From contig JANJGN010000004.1 in the NCBI GenBank assembly GCA_026770705.1, forward strand, positions 136,710,001 through 136,774,000: 64,000 bases of DNA, written 5' to 3'. The notes beneath the pieces are model-generated. The model searched no databases. It had not been told where the DNA came from and worked only from the letters and a program-made list of their open reading frames with translations. The number at the start of each line of letters is the position of its first letter. Position 1 is the first letter of the stretch. Shown here one piece after another: positions 23,206-38,100 of this stretch. The position numbers were made by a program, and so were the translations under genes. Source of the DNA: Isurus oxyrinchus (lineage: Eukaryota).

Positions 23206-26200
23206 CAGTGTCTTTGTTGTCAGTGGTGTTCATGTATTAAAAACTTTCAATCAGAAAACGGAGTAATTTGTTGATATGGGACGTGGCTCAATCTTTGAAT
23301 AGAACAATCATGGAAACTCAGAAGGTAACATGCGAAACATTATAATGGCAGGTTCAAGCGGTTAGTATCACAGCAGAATAACCATTTATCTCCGTTTCTA
23401 ACCAAGAAATCCTTTAAGTCGAAAGTGCTCTTGAAATCACATTTCTTTCAACAAAAAAATCGATTTTTTTAATGATGATGATTTCTGACATTTTTATTTA
23501 ATTTTCCAATTGAATTAACTAGTAAGTTAGTTTTAGGAAGGGAGTAAGTCTTCGCAGTTGATACATTTGCTGGACCTTGATGTCCTAAGTCAGTTGGAAG
23601 AGTTCATGTTATCAGGTTACTTCCTAAGTTTGAAGCAAAGTTTACTCAACTTCAATAGGAAGTTCGTAGACGGGAGACCAATATTCAGCGCAAGAGTTCG
23701 AACATTAGTTTCTTAATTATGCTTTCAAATTAGTGGCCATTCGAGTCTTCGTGGGATCCAGAAAAATACCAAGCCTATCGTATGGCTAATTCCAGACAGA
23801 GTGAAATTTAGTCTGGAAGATGGAACAGGAGAAGTGAGATCACCTGGACATTCAGATGTCTAAACTAAGAAAGAAAACGGCTTGCCGACTTTCAGACAGC
23901 GTTATCAGATGAGATTATTGAAACGAAAGTTCATTTAACTCAATTACTTCTTAACCTCAGCGCCGGGATTGTTTTCAAACCCAGTAATCCCTCTTGGTTT
24001 TTTTGATGCAACATAAAACAAAGCCTTCGAGTCCTTGCTTCCTTTTACCCTCGCCAGACATCTGGGGAAAGAGGGAAAGTACTGTTTAGGTTCAGTTCAG
24101 ATTCTACAGGAAAGGACGCGTTCCCTTCATTGATATGAAATGTTAAAGTTGCCCCCATTTTAAATTGAACCAAAATTCATTTTTTACTTCTAAGAGCCTT
24201 TGATATTGGGTTTCATAACATTGAAAACTGATGTCTCTGAAGAAATAAAATGTTGTCTGTGTCCTTAGCACGAGGAAGGTGATAAAAAGCATTATCCCTA
24301 ATTCAACGCTGAGGAAAGCTGGTTGTTTCTAAACATTTCTTTAATGGTCAAGTTTTAATCCAGAATTCTTGTTTGTAGCTCAAGGCGCAGGCAATATGCT
24401 AAACATATTTTATGCATGCAAAAATAAAAACTTTAAGTTTTGAATTTGAAATATAACATTTTACATATTCGGACATCTCCCCCATTCATTTCCTACCTGT
24501 GCAACAGGGTCAGACGGAGCAGATCAACTTTCCCGCTTTCCTGTACTTCAATACTTGTGAATTGTGTAATGAAATCTGGATTATCAATCTGTCGACCTGG
24601 GCATAATTTCAAAGTTAATATAAGTAGGTTTGTTTCGTGAAAGAATCTCAAAAATGTTTCACAATTTTGGTTTACAAGAATGAAGACACAAAAGAAAATG
24701 TGCTGTAAACAAATATTTGCACAGTTTGAAATTGAAGTAGGAAATCATTTCTCCATGCACTGCTATTACATCTAATAGGAGCTGGAGTTATTCATCGAAA
24801 GCAAATATAAATTTTAACTTTCGAAAATAACTAGAATTATTGTCTACCTTACATCCTAGATACCTGAAATTAAGTGAACATCATTTATTGCAAAGACGTT
24901 TATAGATATCCAATAGTACGATATACTTCAAGATGGGAGAACCTTTGACCCATATCAATATGCGATGACCTATAGGCCTGAAGCAGTATGTCAGAACTCT
25001 ATCACCTATGTGAATATGAATTAACATATAGCTAACGATTTCCAGTTATACTGTCCACGTAACGCCATGTATAGATTTGTAATACATGCAGGAGTGTTTT
25101 GCCCCTGTGAAAATGTTTTTCTTCGAATAGCTTATATTTTCAGTCAATACCATTATTAAATTCTGTTGTGTAATAACTTTAACTCTTCCTGTCATGATGC
25201 ATGGGGCAGCCTGTTCAAATCTGGTGGGCATCATATCAGTCCGCCGCGTTAGAGTGAAATTAATGTCAATAACTGAAGGTAGGAACTAGTAAAAAAGAAC
25301 ATAACTATAAATAATAAATAACCCTATAAAGGGTAAGTTACAGGCCTCTTTATTGCTCTGCTGTGGGCATGCTTTGACTGAGTTGTTCTCGGGTGTTAGT
25401 TTATCATAGAAAATAGGACCGGATATAAACATTGGGACTCAAAAAACTGGCACAGGAAGAAATAGGCACTGCTGTTCTGTGAAATTTCTATCCCCGCATT
25501 ACTAACAAATGTAGAATTATTTTTGTCCAACATTGAGAAAAGTAAAAACAAATACCTAGCTGCTGACAGGAAACTAACGTAAATGGCCTTTGTGAATGAT
25601 AACAGATTAATAAATTGCAGTGTACACCTTGGAGTTCAGATGACATTCATATATAACTGTCGTACATTATGAATGTATTGGAGCTATATATCAATGATGT
25701 GCTTATATACGACAAAGAGGTATAATCCATAGGTCCGTATCACTTGTTGAAAGTGGCCAAATGCATTCACATTCTATGTGATAGTTAAGGAATATTTAAT
25801 ATGAAGTCAAATGTTAAATCCGTGCCACCTTCATTAAGAACGTGAAGGATAATGGATGGTGGCCCTCGTGCCTTGTGCCTGTGAAAAAACCCCCGACGTG
25901 AAAATTATCAAGGTTACTTGACAAAAATGTTGTTTCCGATTGCGGACCGAGCTTTCTTTTTAGAGGATCCCGAATGAAATCGCTCCAGTAAACAATCAGG
26001 ACAGTCAAAAATATATATAGTTTAATGCACCTCTGATTGATTGACAGACACTACTGAAGCACACGATAAAAGTTCTAGCCTAGCGATAAAAGAGCTTCCA
26101 GTGGCAATTATGCCATACGTCTGAATGCTATTAACTCTTGTGATTTAACATATATTTTTATAGGCAAAAGCTTCACCTTTTAGATTCAACCTTTTTAGTT

Positions 26201-29200
26201 GCTAACGCTCTTCGTGTTTGTGAGTTTATTCACTAGATCAGTGACAGCTCTTTATTTGCATAATTATATGCTATAGTCTGAAGTGAAAACTAACCTCCAA
26301 ATTTCATGGGTCACCAAGCTGCAACAATCAATGTTTTATCACGTATGCTAAGGAAAATCTAAGAAGCTCTATAAAGTTTCTTAGGGATTTGTTTTTTTTT
26401 CGCTCTGTCTCTCGGAGAGAAAAAAAAGAATATGTGTTTCTTCAAGAGATGTAGAAACCTTTACATCGCTTCTTAGTAACTGAAATCTATTAGTCGGTAA
26501 TAATAGAGATTAAAATGTACGTGGGGATTTCAGTCCTTTTACTTTTACTTCAAAGTAGTTCCGTAAAATACGATTCGTAGTGCAAAATAGCTAACAGTTC
26601 TAACCAGATGCAATCGGGTTATATGCATTATTTCGTACAAACCAATTTGATGAGTGATTTTAACTAAAGATGTACTTTATAATGAAGTAATTGTATATTT
26701 CATGCATTAGGCGCAATTCCAAATCTATTTTCGACTCAAAATCATAATTTTGTATAGATAATAATTTTAACCGTATGTTCGTTTGTCAACATGTTTTAAA
26801 TATTGGCGAAACCATGAAATTATTAATTGATATTGACCTCATGTGCTTGGTTTACTTTTGCATTTTCTTTGAGCAAGCTTCGCTATGAGAACAGCTCCCA
26901 GAAAGGGATTGCATTGATTTGGATTGTGTTTTCATCTCACAAGGACCGAATTCTCTTTTTAATTTGAGGAAATGTTGAACATATAAGTTTAGATATACAA
27001 GTTATTTTTTTAAAAACTAAAATTTGTATCAGTTTCTTAAACTTGCTCGTTTCTTATCCGCACTCAGGGAAAAAACGATACAGTTTCTGTATTTTGAAAA
27101 TAAAACATGAATTAACATTACAAAAATAAAGAGTAAAATACTCTTCGTAATAATTAGAAATTAGTCAGGGTCTCTTCTCCAACCTCTAACCATCGTCACT
27201 ATTATACAGAAAAAAAAACCATTGCAACTACACATAAAGAGCACTGATTTTTCCGCACATTAATATACAGACTAGTTTATCTATATTCGTGTATGTTTGA
27301 TTTGGTACATTGCTATTTAAAGTCTTTATTTGCACATATGTATGCAGCTGTGCGCATCTCTCATACACAGGCCAGTGCAGTTTTCAAGTGTCGCTGAACA
27401 TCTTAGGGTTTTTTTCTCATTTATGTCAAACTTAATTTGAATCTCTGTTCAAATTTTAACTTTTTGATGACATTGCAGAATACATCAGCAGGCCACTTGC
27501 CCTGAAATTGATCGACAACTTAAATGCCAAGTTTCCGTTGTGGCCAATCTGATCAACTTTATTCCTGATTGATGCGTAGTGATATTTGATCAACAGCTGT
27601 GCTCAATCTCATTGATATATCCGCAGAAGGGCAATTTAGGTCATTTCAAAAGTACTATGCCCGTTATGCCTGGAAATTATCCTGAAATACACTGTGCTGG
27701 ATCAACGTGCCCGCTTATATGGGAAAACATTCTCAATATTAAACTATTAAAAACTCATAGGTAGCCAAGCTATTCCTATTTTAACATGACAAATATATTT
27801 AGTATCTTGATACTGCTATCATCTACACTGGTAGGCGACAGTCATGCACAGGGGCAGGGTAGGGAACGGCGCAATGTTGGATAGAAATGTTCCTTAACAC
27901 ATTTATTTGGTTCTGAGGAAATGTGTCTTTAAGGGCTATAGAATGTGACAGTACAGCATTAGCCAAATGACCTCTGTTAGTTACTTGCTGCCATGCAGGT
28001 AAGGCTGAAAAATTGTTAGAAGGTCACCTCTCTAAAAATTATGAGCTGATGCTTCCTGCGGATTAGTGTTCTCTTCCCTCTCCCCCAACCAGGTCCCCGT
28101 CATCGAACTTCATGGAGCTCAGGTGTTTGCTCCTCTGTTTCTCGACTGCACTCCAGACCAACACCTTCTCTTCCCATTCAGGCGATTCAGCTCTCACCTA
28201 AGTGGAAAGTTTTTGTCTTGGTGCCAATACTGAGAAATATCTGCACAGCTTCCAACTTGTTACTACTCCAATGATAGTGTTCAGGTCGGTTTTATCTCAC
28301 GCTCAAAGCTGAGTGAAAATTCCACAACGCATTTCATTTGCACTGAACAAACTTTTAATTCCAGAAGACAGAATTGAAACTTCATCCACAAGCCATTAAT
28401 GTAGATTCCGAAGAACCACAAACACTAGCGACAATAATGTTTGCGCCTAGTTTTTAAACCCATTTTCTTAAGTAAATTGTCGCAAAATGAAGCGCATTCG
28501 CTCTTAAATACAAAAACATTACATTTCAAACCAAACTTATAGTTAAAATAAAAGTGATCTAACAATCTTCGCCTTCAGGGTCAAGGTTGATGTCAACCTA
28601 ACCCGCGCCAACTTTCGTCAAATGGTTCTGCATCTACACATCGATTTCCTACAGACTACTGGGCTTGAACTTTCAAACCAGAGTTAAATAAATTGACGTC
28701 TGGTTCAACTCACACTGGTCTCTGAATAAAACATAAGTCAAATATCCATGAATCCATATCATTTTGGTGCACAGGTGCCATTGTCCTCAAAGAGCTCGTC
28801 TTGAGACAGATTTCAGTTACTTGGACTGTTTTTACTAAACTTTATCAGAGGAACAATTTGACTGCACTAGAAGGGCTCAGTCTTCTGTGCTCATTATGGC
28901 GATGGAAATTTAATGCGAAAACAATAGAAGCCAATAGAGATTGGGAACTGGACAGTTCAGTAAGGTTTACTTCCAACCCTTGTCCTTGGTTGTCCAAGAG
29001 CTCCGGTTACTTATAACCATATAATTATTCAATGGATTGACTTTTACTAAATTCCAATTCATTTGAAGTGGATATTACTCACTGTAACATAAAAGGGAAC
29101 AATTTTAAGTTTAAATAAAGCACGTTGTTTCGTTTTCTCTTGTATTTGTCACCTCTGCTTTTGGGCAGTATTTTTAAACTGTTATAGAGTTGGCAGCAGC

Positions 29201-30088
29201 TTGTGAAGGGTGTCCACATTCCGTGCACTTCTTTTAATCTCTGGAGTGATGACCAAAGTACAAAGTATTGTTTGCTTTTTTTATTTACTTGGAAACAGTT
29301 AACACCTCACATAATGCAAAGGATATAGGTGACAAAGGAAACCAAACTGGAGCTGTCCATATATATGCATTTATATATATGTTGATATTAAATATAAATG
29401 CTTTAAATATTATATGCAACAACGACGTCCATTTCCATTTATGTTGACCTGCTTTACATCGGCCGTTCGTGCGCCAACTTACTGTCGTTTAAAGTGTAAA
29501 AGAAAGTTTAAATGTACCAATTTTTCAAGTTGCGGAAATGAGGATTTTAATCATTATTTTTTAATTGCTCTACTCGTTGCATTTGGTTATTTACTGGTTA
29601 GTTAGCTTACATTTTTTACACGGAACTTAACTTGTGAAATATAAATTCCAAAGCACTAGTAACATAAAATTTGAAAGCCACAAATTATAGCTTAGAGCTA
29701 CTTGATGTGGTTTATTTCACAAGACATATTAATTATATCCATATATATGTAAAACGAACGTCAGAAAGGAATATAGAATGTGAAATTCTAAAGCATATCT
29801 GAGAACATTGTTGTAAAATAATACGTGAACAGAAGTGTCATTAAAAGCATCTCGCATCTATCTAAAAGCTAAACGCCGTGTTTCAAAGAAAAACATTTAA
29901 GCTGCTGTCAGCTCCAGATACAGAAAACCTTGGGAGGTGATGGTAAATGAAACATTAAAGAGTCGAGCTCCATGTACCATTTACTTATTTACAACACGGG
30001 GGTATGCTTGTCTTTAAACTGGTAGTGGGGATAATGCTGAGTCAGGCACCGTTCAGTTACTGCGATCTCAGGCACTGAGCACTCGATG

Positions 30089-30109
30089 AGTAGCACCATG
30101 GACAGCGCA
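30089..30109 (+). promoter_or_regulatory. RE1/NRSE (REST) site
   Basis: AGTAGCACCATGGACAGCGCA versus consensus TTCAGCACCAYGGACAGCGCC; the 17-nt core is identical. Confidence 0.65.
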
Positions 30110-33100
30110 CTGCAGTATTGTCATAAATCAGGCAGTTTTCACAGATCTCTTGGCAAATACAGCAAAAGGGATAAAATAGGGCATTTGCATCATAGCATTG
30201 TTAATGAAGGACAGAAACAAATGATTTTTCAATTCCTAGAACTTCATTTATTATCTAAAGTTTGAATAAATATACAATATACTGTATAATTTCGACAGAT
30301 GTTCCTCATTTATGTGCATGCTTGGTAACATATATTTCTCTACATTCTGCTCCTTTGTCCCATTGGTTTTGCAGCTCTCGCTAGTTTTATTCTTATATTT
30401 AGTACAGTTGCTATGTTTTGATTTTCTGCTTAATTTATTTATTTTCAACAGTCTGATTCTGCGACTTTGCTCATTTTAAAAAAAATTCACATCGCCTACT
30501 CTCTTTGTCTCCCTTCTCCCCGTTTGTCTTCTAAATTATTGCAGTCTTCTGTATTTTAATACTCTCGATCACTTTTCTATATCGTCTGCGTGCTGTACAT
30601 CTTTGCCTTTTTGTTTGATTTCTCTTCTTTAGGCGTTTAATTTTTCACTGCCTCTTCCAAAGGATTTCCAACTAAGCGCTTTATTGTTGATTACAATTTG
30701 TTGGCATTTAGATGCCAACGGAAGCTTTAAATTGAAAATATATATTCTAATTCCGAAAGTTTTATTGGGGCCTAGATTATATGTATAAAGAAAAGTTTTA
30801 AAAGAAACTTTGGTACCGGTGAACTTGCTTCATCCAGCAATGAGGAATGTGTTGAATTACACCTGGAATTTGTGAGCGGATTTGCTTTTGGGCAGGAGCT
30901 GTTTGATGGGAGTTGCAGCTTCCCGACAGCTTGTTAATTAAAGCCCCCTGGAGATGAGCCTCTGGAGCCACCGTCCGTATCAAGCTCGTGCTAAATATCC
31001 AGATCCTGACAGCAACCCAACAAGATTCAGTAGCAAAATTAAAAGAGCAAAATAAAAAGGCCTAGTCTATTCCTTCTTTCCACTTCCCCTTCTTGAATCC
31101 CAGTTGCTACCCAGCTTCTTCAATATACCACCACATACAATCTATGTGGAAAGTAGGAATCGACAGTTTTCAGCCTTTCTTGTTTTATTTTTTTCTAAAT
31201 GTGAGAAACTTCATTCAAAATTAAAATGCAAACTTATAATTGCATTTTGCTTTCCCGATACCTAAATTATTCATAAATTATTTATTCTCATCTTTTAAAA
31301 TCATGCAAAAGGAAGGTTCTAATACATTACACAACATTACATCAATTATCTGTTTTATATATATTGTATATATATACATCGACCTGTTGAATTGCGTGGC
31401 TTTAATCATTTCATACGATTGTTGAAGGGAATTAATTATTTGAAATGTTGAATGGTCGCACAGTGTCTGAAATGTTTATATCTTACACATTCAGCAGGTA
31501 GTATTTTAGTCCGTTCTCAAGAATAAATCCTGAACATTCAGATAAAACTCCACTAGCTTTGGTAATTTGAACATTTATTTAAACTTTGCAGCATTCATAT
31601 CGTCCTGTTTATTTCCTCGGTGACTAGCCATTTCAAATAGCAAGCCTTCTTTCTTCTATTAGCCTTAGATCTTGCTTCACCAGCTCTGGCTAGAGACAGC
31701 CTTGTCATCTGTCCACTGAACCTGGTTAAACCCTTTTCACCTGGCCACTTTTTCTCTTGCAACCCTTCAAAGTCATCCCTAAATGGATCTTGTTCTGTGT
31801 AGATCATTTGTCAACGTCAAAGATAGACTTGCTTCTATTTAGTGAGAGCAAACTGCCCAGTATATGGTGTTGCTATAAAAAGAAAAGCTTCCTTGATACT
31901 TTCATGGAAATCAATATCATATCCCAAATCTTTACCAAGTATATGAACCGGTTTCAAACTAATGAATTTATAAAAAGCAATACTTCTTTCATCGATTGCG
32001 ATTTTTAAATTGGAGAAATTGAAAGTGTCGCATCAACGTCTATATTAGAATAGCCTCTGAAGAAATCGTTCAACTCAAATTATTCTATAGTCAAAAATAA
32101 ACCAAAATATATGTTATTTTCATGTCAATATTATCCCTTCAGTAAAATGCACACCTTATAGCATGAAATAGGCCAAAGTAGGTATGCTAACGTCTAATAA
32201 CCGTGTTGCATAATGTTTTTTTTCTATTCTTTGATGTGAATAATTACATTGGAACACGCTGGTTTCTACTAACTGATAAGGTGTTGTCGTTTGATCTCAG
32301 ATAGACAATTCACGTGCAAATTTGAAAGAAAATTCTGCTCGTTCATATAACACTGATTTTAGCGTTCCTAATGCTGCTCGGAACAGCGTTTATTTCACGT
32401 ACATTAATTTTATAATGCATATTCATTTTAACCTTGCCTTATTTTCCCTCCAATAAGGGACCATATTATAAGAATTAAACAAAAACCGCAACATACGGGA
32501 GTCCGGTGGCAAAGATTCGTTGCTAGATTTTTTGTACATTTATATTGACACTTGGGATTTCTAAATTTATTAATCAGAACACAAGTTTTTCCAAACTTTT
32601 TTCAAACTCCCTTCCAAGATATCCCAAACCTACTTAGTTAATTTGTGCACGACAATTTTTGAGATTTTAACAAATCGAACCATTTTGCTTTGGAGATATC
32701 CTCTCGAATTCGTGGCTTTAGTGGCACAAAGCAATTGGTTTAATTTCAAATTATTTTGCGCAGGGAAAAACAAATAGCAACAATAATATATTTTATGTTG
32801 TTATTTAATTTTTAAAAAATAAGATTTGATCCATTTATTTGTGGATAATAATCGTGTTAACATCGTTGGCACTCTGGCAAGACATATAAGGGAGATTGTC
32901 ATTCAATATTTCACATTGGATTAAAAATCTATATTCAATTAATCGATCTCGTCAATTTTTATGTTAATATTAGTTAAGGCGCATCTGAAATATATTATCT
33001 AACAATTGATAACGAACGGTAATTTTAACCCTTGGCGTTTTTAACAGGATATTTAACATCCAATAAATCGAATTAACCCTGTGTTTACTTTGTTGTCTAT

Positions 33101-35012
33101 AGAGTTGGCAGTTGCTGAGGGAGGAAGGCCTAGTGTGCAGGTGTGCAGTGACCGCTATTCAGGCTCCACTCGCCGGCTGACGCGCTGTGAGATTGCAGAC
33201 GCCACTAGGCTACTGTTACTGCTCTGCCTGCACTTTGCTGTGGGTTTCAGTGCCACCTAGTTACATTGTAACTGCTGCCAGTTCTGTTTTGCTTTCCGTT
33301 TCACGACACTTAACTGGAAGCAAATGTAAAATTCGGAATGAAATGCAAAATAGCTATTAAAATAGAACAAATTTAAAACATGTGGTGTACATGTGAATAA
33401 TCCGTTGCCTCATCTTTTATAGGCCCGTTAGGTATTATTGTAAAACTAACGGGCGATACCTTCTGAGTTCATACATAATGTTTGACAAATTGATTCGATT
33501 ATTTCACGCAAAATACCTATCTACGTTATCAAGCATGTTGAAAGAGGTTGATTAAAGCTGTTTAAAAATTAGATTGATTGCAAATTAATTGAAACACAGT
33601 TTGTAATGCTCCGTTGTGCCACGGCTCACTCATAAATGATACAAATAGTGATCCACAGACGATATTTTTAAAATGTAGTCCATCTATACTTAATACTTAC
33701 TTTAAAAATCGGATGAATATGTTTTATCAACAATATATAATTGATGGAGTATGAGCGAAAATGAAACAATTCCCCCTTCTCCCCTCCCCGTAGACTGTGT
33801 ATATAGGAACTATAGGTTGGTCGCCGCTAACGTGGAAGTTAGTCATTTTCTCTGACCCTGGAATATGGTTTCCATTTACTTCAAACTGAAACTCGTTCCC
33901 AATTATTTGCTCGTTCTTTTTAAGGTTGAAGGGAACATCCGACGTGAAATGACTAATTCTGCGATCTTTATTCAAAGCTTCATTTGATATTACAAATCGA
34001 ATTTTTCTGCCAGATCGATAAATACAATTAGTTCCTGCAAACCCCCTGGCAAATCACTTTTACCAAATCTGATGCATTTCTGTACGGGAAGCTACTTCCA
34101 TGTTTATCAATTGCAGGCAAATATTGTATTTAGCGCTCGATTGGGCAGCGTTAGCTGACTTCTAGTCGAAAAAAGTTCTAGTTCAATTAAAAATATACTG
34201 AGCTCATGGTTAAGCGCTCAATAATTAACCACGCCGGTCTCGAACAAGACATTACCAGAGCGTTGCTGCCAAATAAGTTCGCAGGTTGTTTGAGATGCTA
34301 AGTGGAGAATTGAAAGACAAATTTCCAAAAGGTGAAAATGATTTATTATAAAAAGGTGTATCATTTCAATAGCATTTCATATTCACGGATAATAAAACGT
34401 ATCATACGCGTGTGTTTATTGTTTAAAATATTTTTGACCATTGTGAAGCTTATATGACAATAAAATCTCGAGTGCCTCCAGCTACAGATGTGTTTTTCAG
34501 TGCAAAATCTATTATAGCTAAACAATAATTGGGCTACAAAACTAATACGTTGTGATCGACATCGACTGTGCATTTGGGAAAAAAATCAAACGCGATGTAA
34601 CGAACTGGGCTGTATGATTGTATTAAAATCGAAAACACCTGGACAGCTGTGCATGTGCGTAAAAGTGTTTAAAATAAATCTTAAAGCAAAACAGCTTGAA
34701 ACAATGTTTCCGTCTATTCCTGCGGCTGATGTTGTGTTCGCGAGTACAGCGCCATCTAGCACACAAGTTCCGAAACTACATCGCAGCACCAAGGGACGCG
34801 GAAACAGTCCCTGAAGATCACGGCTCTCCATATTTAGACAAACAATCTAACAACTATGGAAATACTGCATGAAAATTCATCAATGGGATACATAGGGACA
34901 AACATCTAGCACTTACAAATTGTTTAAGCTAATATAATCTTTCAAAGAGTCAATCATTGACATTAATTGTGCACGATATATACATTTTTGTAAAGATGTT
35001 TAACCCTGCGAT

Positions 35013-35186
35013 NNNNNNNNNNNNNNNNNNNNNNNNNNNNNNNNNNNNNNNNNNNNNNNNNNNNNNNNNNNNNNNNNNNNNNNNNNNNNNNNNNNNNNNN
35101 NNNNNNNNNNNNNNNNNNNNNNNNNNNNNNNNNNNNNNNNNNNNNNNNNNNNNNNNNNNNNNNNNNNNNNNNNNNNNNNNNNNNNN
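35013..35186. other. Assembly gap (174 N)
   Basis: Run of n. Confidence 1.
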
Positions 35187-38100
35187 AACACTACGTTATA
35201 CTAAATGCAGCTATCGTAAATGAATAAGTATCGTGTCTTGTAGCTGGTAGACTTTATTTTTTGAATAATGTTTTAAAACACAAAACCAAACTACAAAATG
35301 GGCTCTTTTCAAGTTGAAATATATTGTCATGAAAAGCGACACATTGCTATTCAATGCCCCTAATTATAAAGCTGAACGGTGTTTGCCGTGATCTGAAGTT
35401 CATGAATTTACTTTCTTAAAAACATATCGTGCAAATACATTAAATGTCAACACTTAACATCGGTGCCACGAAAATAGTCTGATTAGTATCCTATTAACTG
35501 AAAGCATATTATATCTGCTCTCTGCAATATTTTAATTCAATTATCTTGCAACTGCACCTAAGTTCATACCGATAGGCAGAGAAGAAAAAAGAAAATCGTT
35601 CCCAAACATCTCAAAGTGGTGCTGATCCACCTTTCCAGGAAACATCTTGAAGAAAACCCTTAGTTGGGTATTTCACCTTGCTTTGCCAAGTCTCTCGATA
35701 AGGTGATTTAAAATAGCACACACAGTCTGTGTAAAATATCATTCATATTTGTTACTTAAAGCCTTTACATTTTACTTAATTTTTAAAACGGGTATAGTTG
35801 TTAACCTGGTTTATCATAAATTAATACGCATCTTCGGTATTATTTTTGCATTTAATGTTCATGAAAATCTTCTATCGTGTTAGGATAAAGTCGAACCGAA
35901 ATAGTTGACTTAGGTCTTGTAGCACGCAAATTGAAATAAAAAAGCGAAATGGACAACGTTTTGTTTTGCAATATATAATTGTGATTTGAGTCTTCTTCGG
36001 ATAAAGATGGCCGATATTAAATTATCTCTAGAAATGTAAAACATTTTATTTTCATAATTACATTGCACAAACAGTTATCATTCTTTTTAAAAAGGGAGGG
36101 GGTGATATTTACATTGGATTACAGCTCACCAGTTCAGAAAATATTACAAACGATGTCTGGTTTTATTTTTTGAAGATCATAATTATTTCATCTTGAAGTT
36201 GTTAGCAGCACAGTGACATAACTGATGTAATGCATCTGATTTCCTTAGAGTCAGCCTCTGTTCTGTTTTGTGCTATGCAGTGCTGGGATGGTTTATTATA
36301 GCTCAAGTCTTTTTAAAAACTAATAATTTTACACAACCGGAGCCACGAACTTTCACGTGAGTTAATGATTTGGTCCTTCGTCCAATTCAGTCAAAATAAA
36401 ATTTCCGCAAATACTACAGAGCGGTAAATTTAACGCTGTATGGTCCAGCAACCTATTTAAATTGACTTAAATGGTGGTCGAACTGCACGTCATGGATTTT
36501 TATTTAGCAGATATGGAAAAGAACGACCGAACAAAGGAACGAAAAGTAAAAGTAAAAGTAAAATATCAGAAATACTGTCTACTTAACAGCTCATCTTAAA
36601 ACTAATAACCACGGTTTCTATGGTAATTCTCCCTGTTTTCTTCTCCCAGGTATTTAAAAGAAGGACACGTTCATATTGTGTTATTATTTTGACCAGGCAT
36701 CCGTGATAAATCCCATGTGTGAATCCAACTGAAGCAAACACTTTTAAAACAATACGCATCCACTTACATTTTGCCCACATCAAAAGTCACAGCACAGAGA
36801 GAATGGGATTCAACATTATGCTGAGTAGAATATTGAGAAAATTGCTTCAATTTTATAGCGACAATGACAATAACCTTCATCTAAAGACTCATTTTTAAAA
36901 AATCCAAACTAGCTCATTGAAATGTAAAGAAAATCACATCTTAAACTTCGAATACATATAGATTTCAAAACATGCTAATGGCTAATAGACAAAAGAATAT
37001 CAGTATAACTGTACACCAATATGTTATAAAAAAAGTGAATGCAGAGTGTGGAATAACATCGGTTAATAGCATTAAAAGGCAGAGAACATAGATGCCAGCG
37101 GCACTAAGCTTTATTCCTGCAAAACGTTAGAAAGTATTCTTCTAATGATTACGTGGCAGTATAGATGTCATGAATTGTTTCACAGAAATTGTTTGATTCG
37201 TCCTTTAGTTTTATTGGTGTTTTGAAGTATTGTTGGTAAATGAATGGAGAATGGTACAGAAAGAAGATAAGGCAACAGAAGTGAGATCAATTGCAAACAT
37301 TATAAAGAGACTGCTTAACGTCTGTCGAAATGTTCCCTTTAGTAAAAGGTGTTAACTTGATGCTGCCGGCGCTGTAATATTTGCAAGTCCATATTAGGCA
37401 GTCTGCAAATTAAATATTCTGCAGGAGATGAATAAAAATTACAGTTTAAATTGAAGGTGCATGCTGGCCTCTGTTGCACAGTTTTGCAGTGTATAATTGT
37501 ATAGTTTAGCAAGAGTGCATTGTGACAGCACGCCTTACCTTAACACTCTCATCTATATATCAAACATCCCCACTTGCGAAATCTATGTGGAGCTGAACGC
37601 AGGGGATTTCAAACTTACTTTGATGTGGTTCATAAAAACTGAGCTTCACCTGAATGTTTTGCTCCCCCTCCTCCTCTTGTTTCTTATTAAAACCACCACA
37701 TTCCTTCTGTCCAGTGATAGCTTATTAAACTGTCCTTTGTCCTTCCTTGTTCTGTCTTTATAATGTTATGGAAAGCTTGAGTTAAATTTTCACACAGCAA
37801 TCACGTGCAAAGTTCGAAGGGACATTAATGTATAATCCGAAGAGCAACAATTAGTAAACCGAGTTCAACTGTCTGAATGAATAGGAAAGAATAGCCACCG
37901 AAACGTCAGATTCTTTATCTTTTTTCTGCGTCCTCCACAGAGAGAATATTTGAAATATGTGCAGCATTTGAGTCGTTACCAAACATGAGAAGACTACTCG
38001 GAAGTGTCGATCTGAAGTTAAATAATCGTGATAACACAAAGGCTGGTTAAACTATGAATGAAACTTTCTTATAAACTTTAGTTTGAGCGAATTTTCGTAG

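Noticed and set aside
23453-23470. 18-bp perfect palindrome A7-TCGA-T7
   Set aside because: Low complexity and plausible by chance.
34957-35223. ORFs containing X runs
   Set aside because: Artefacts of the assembly gap.
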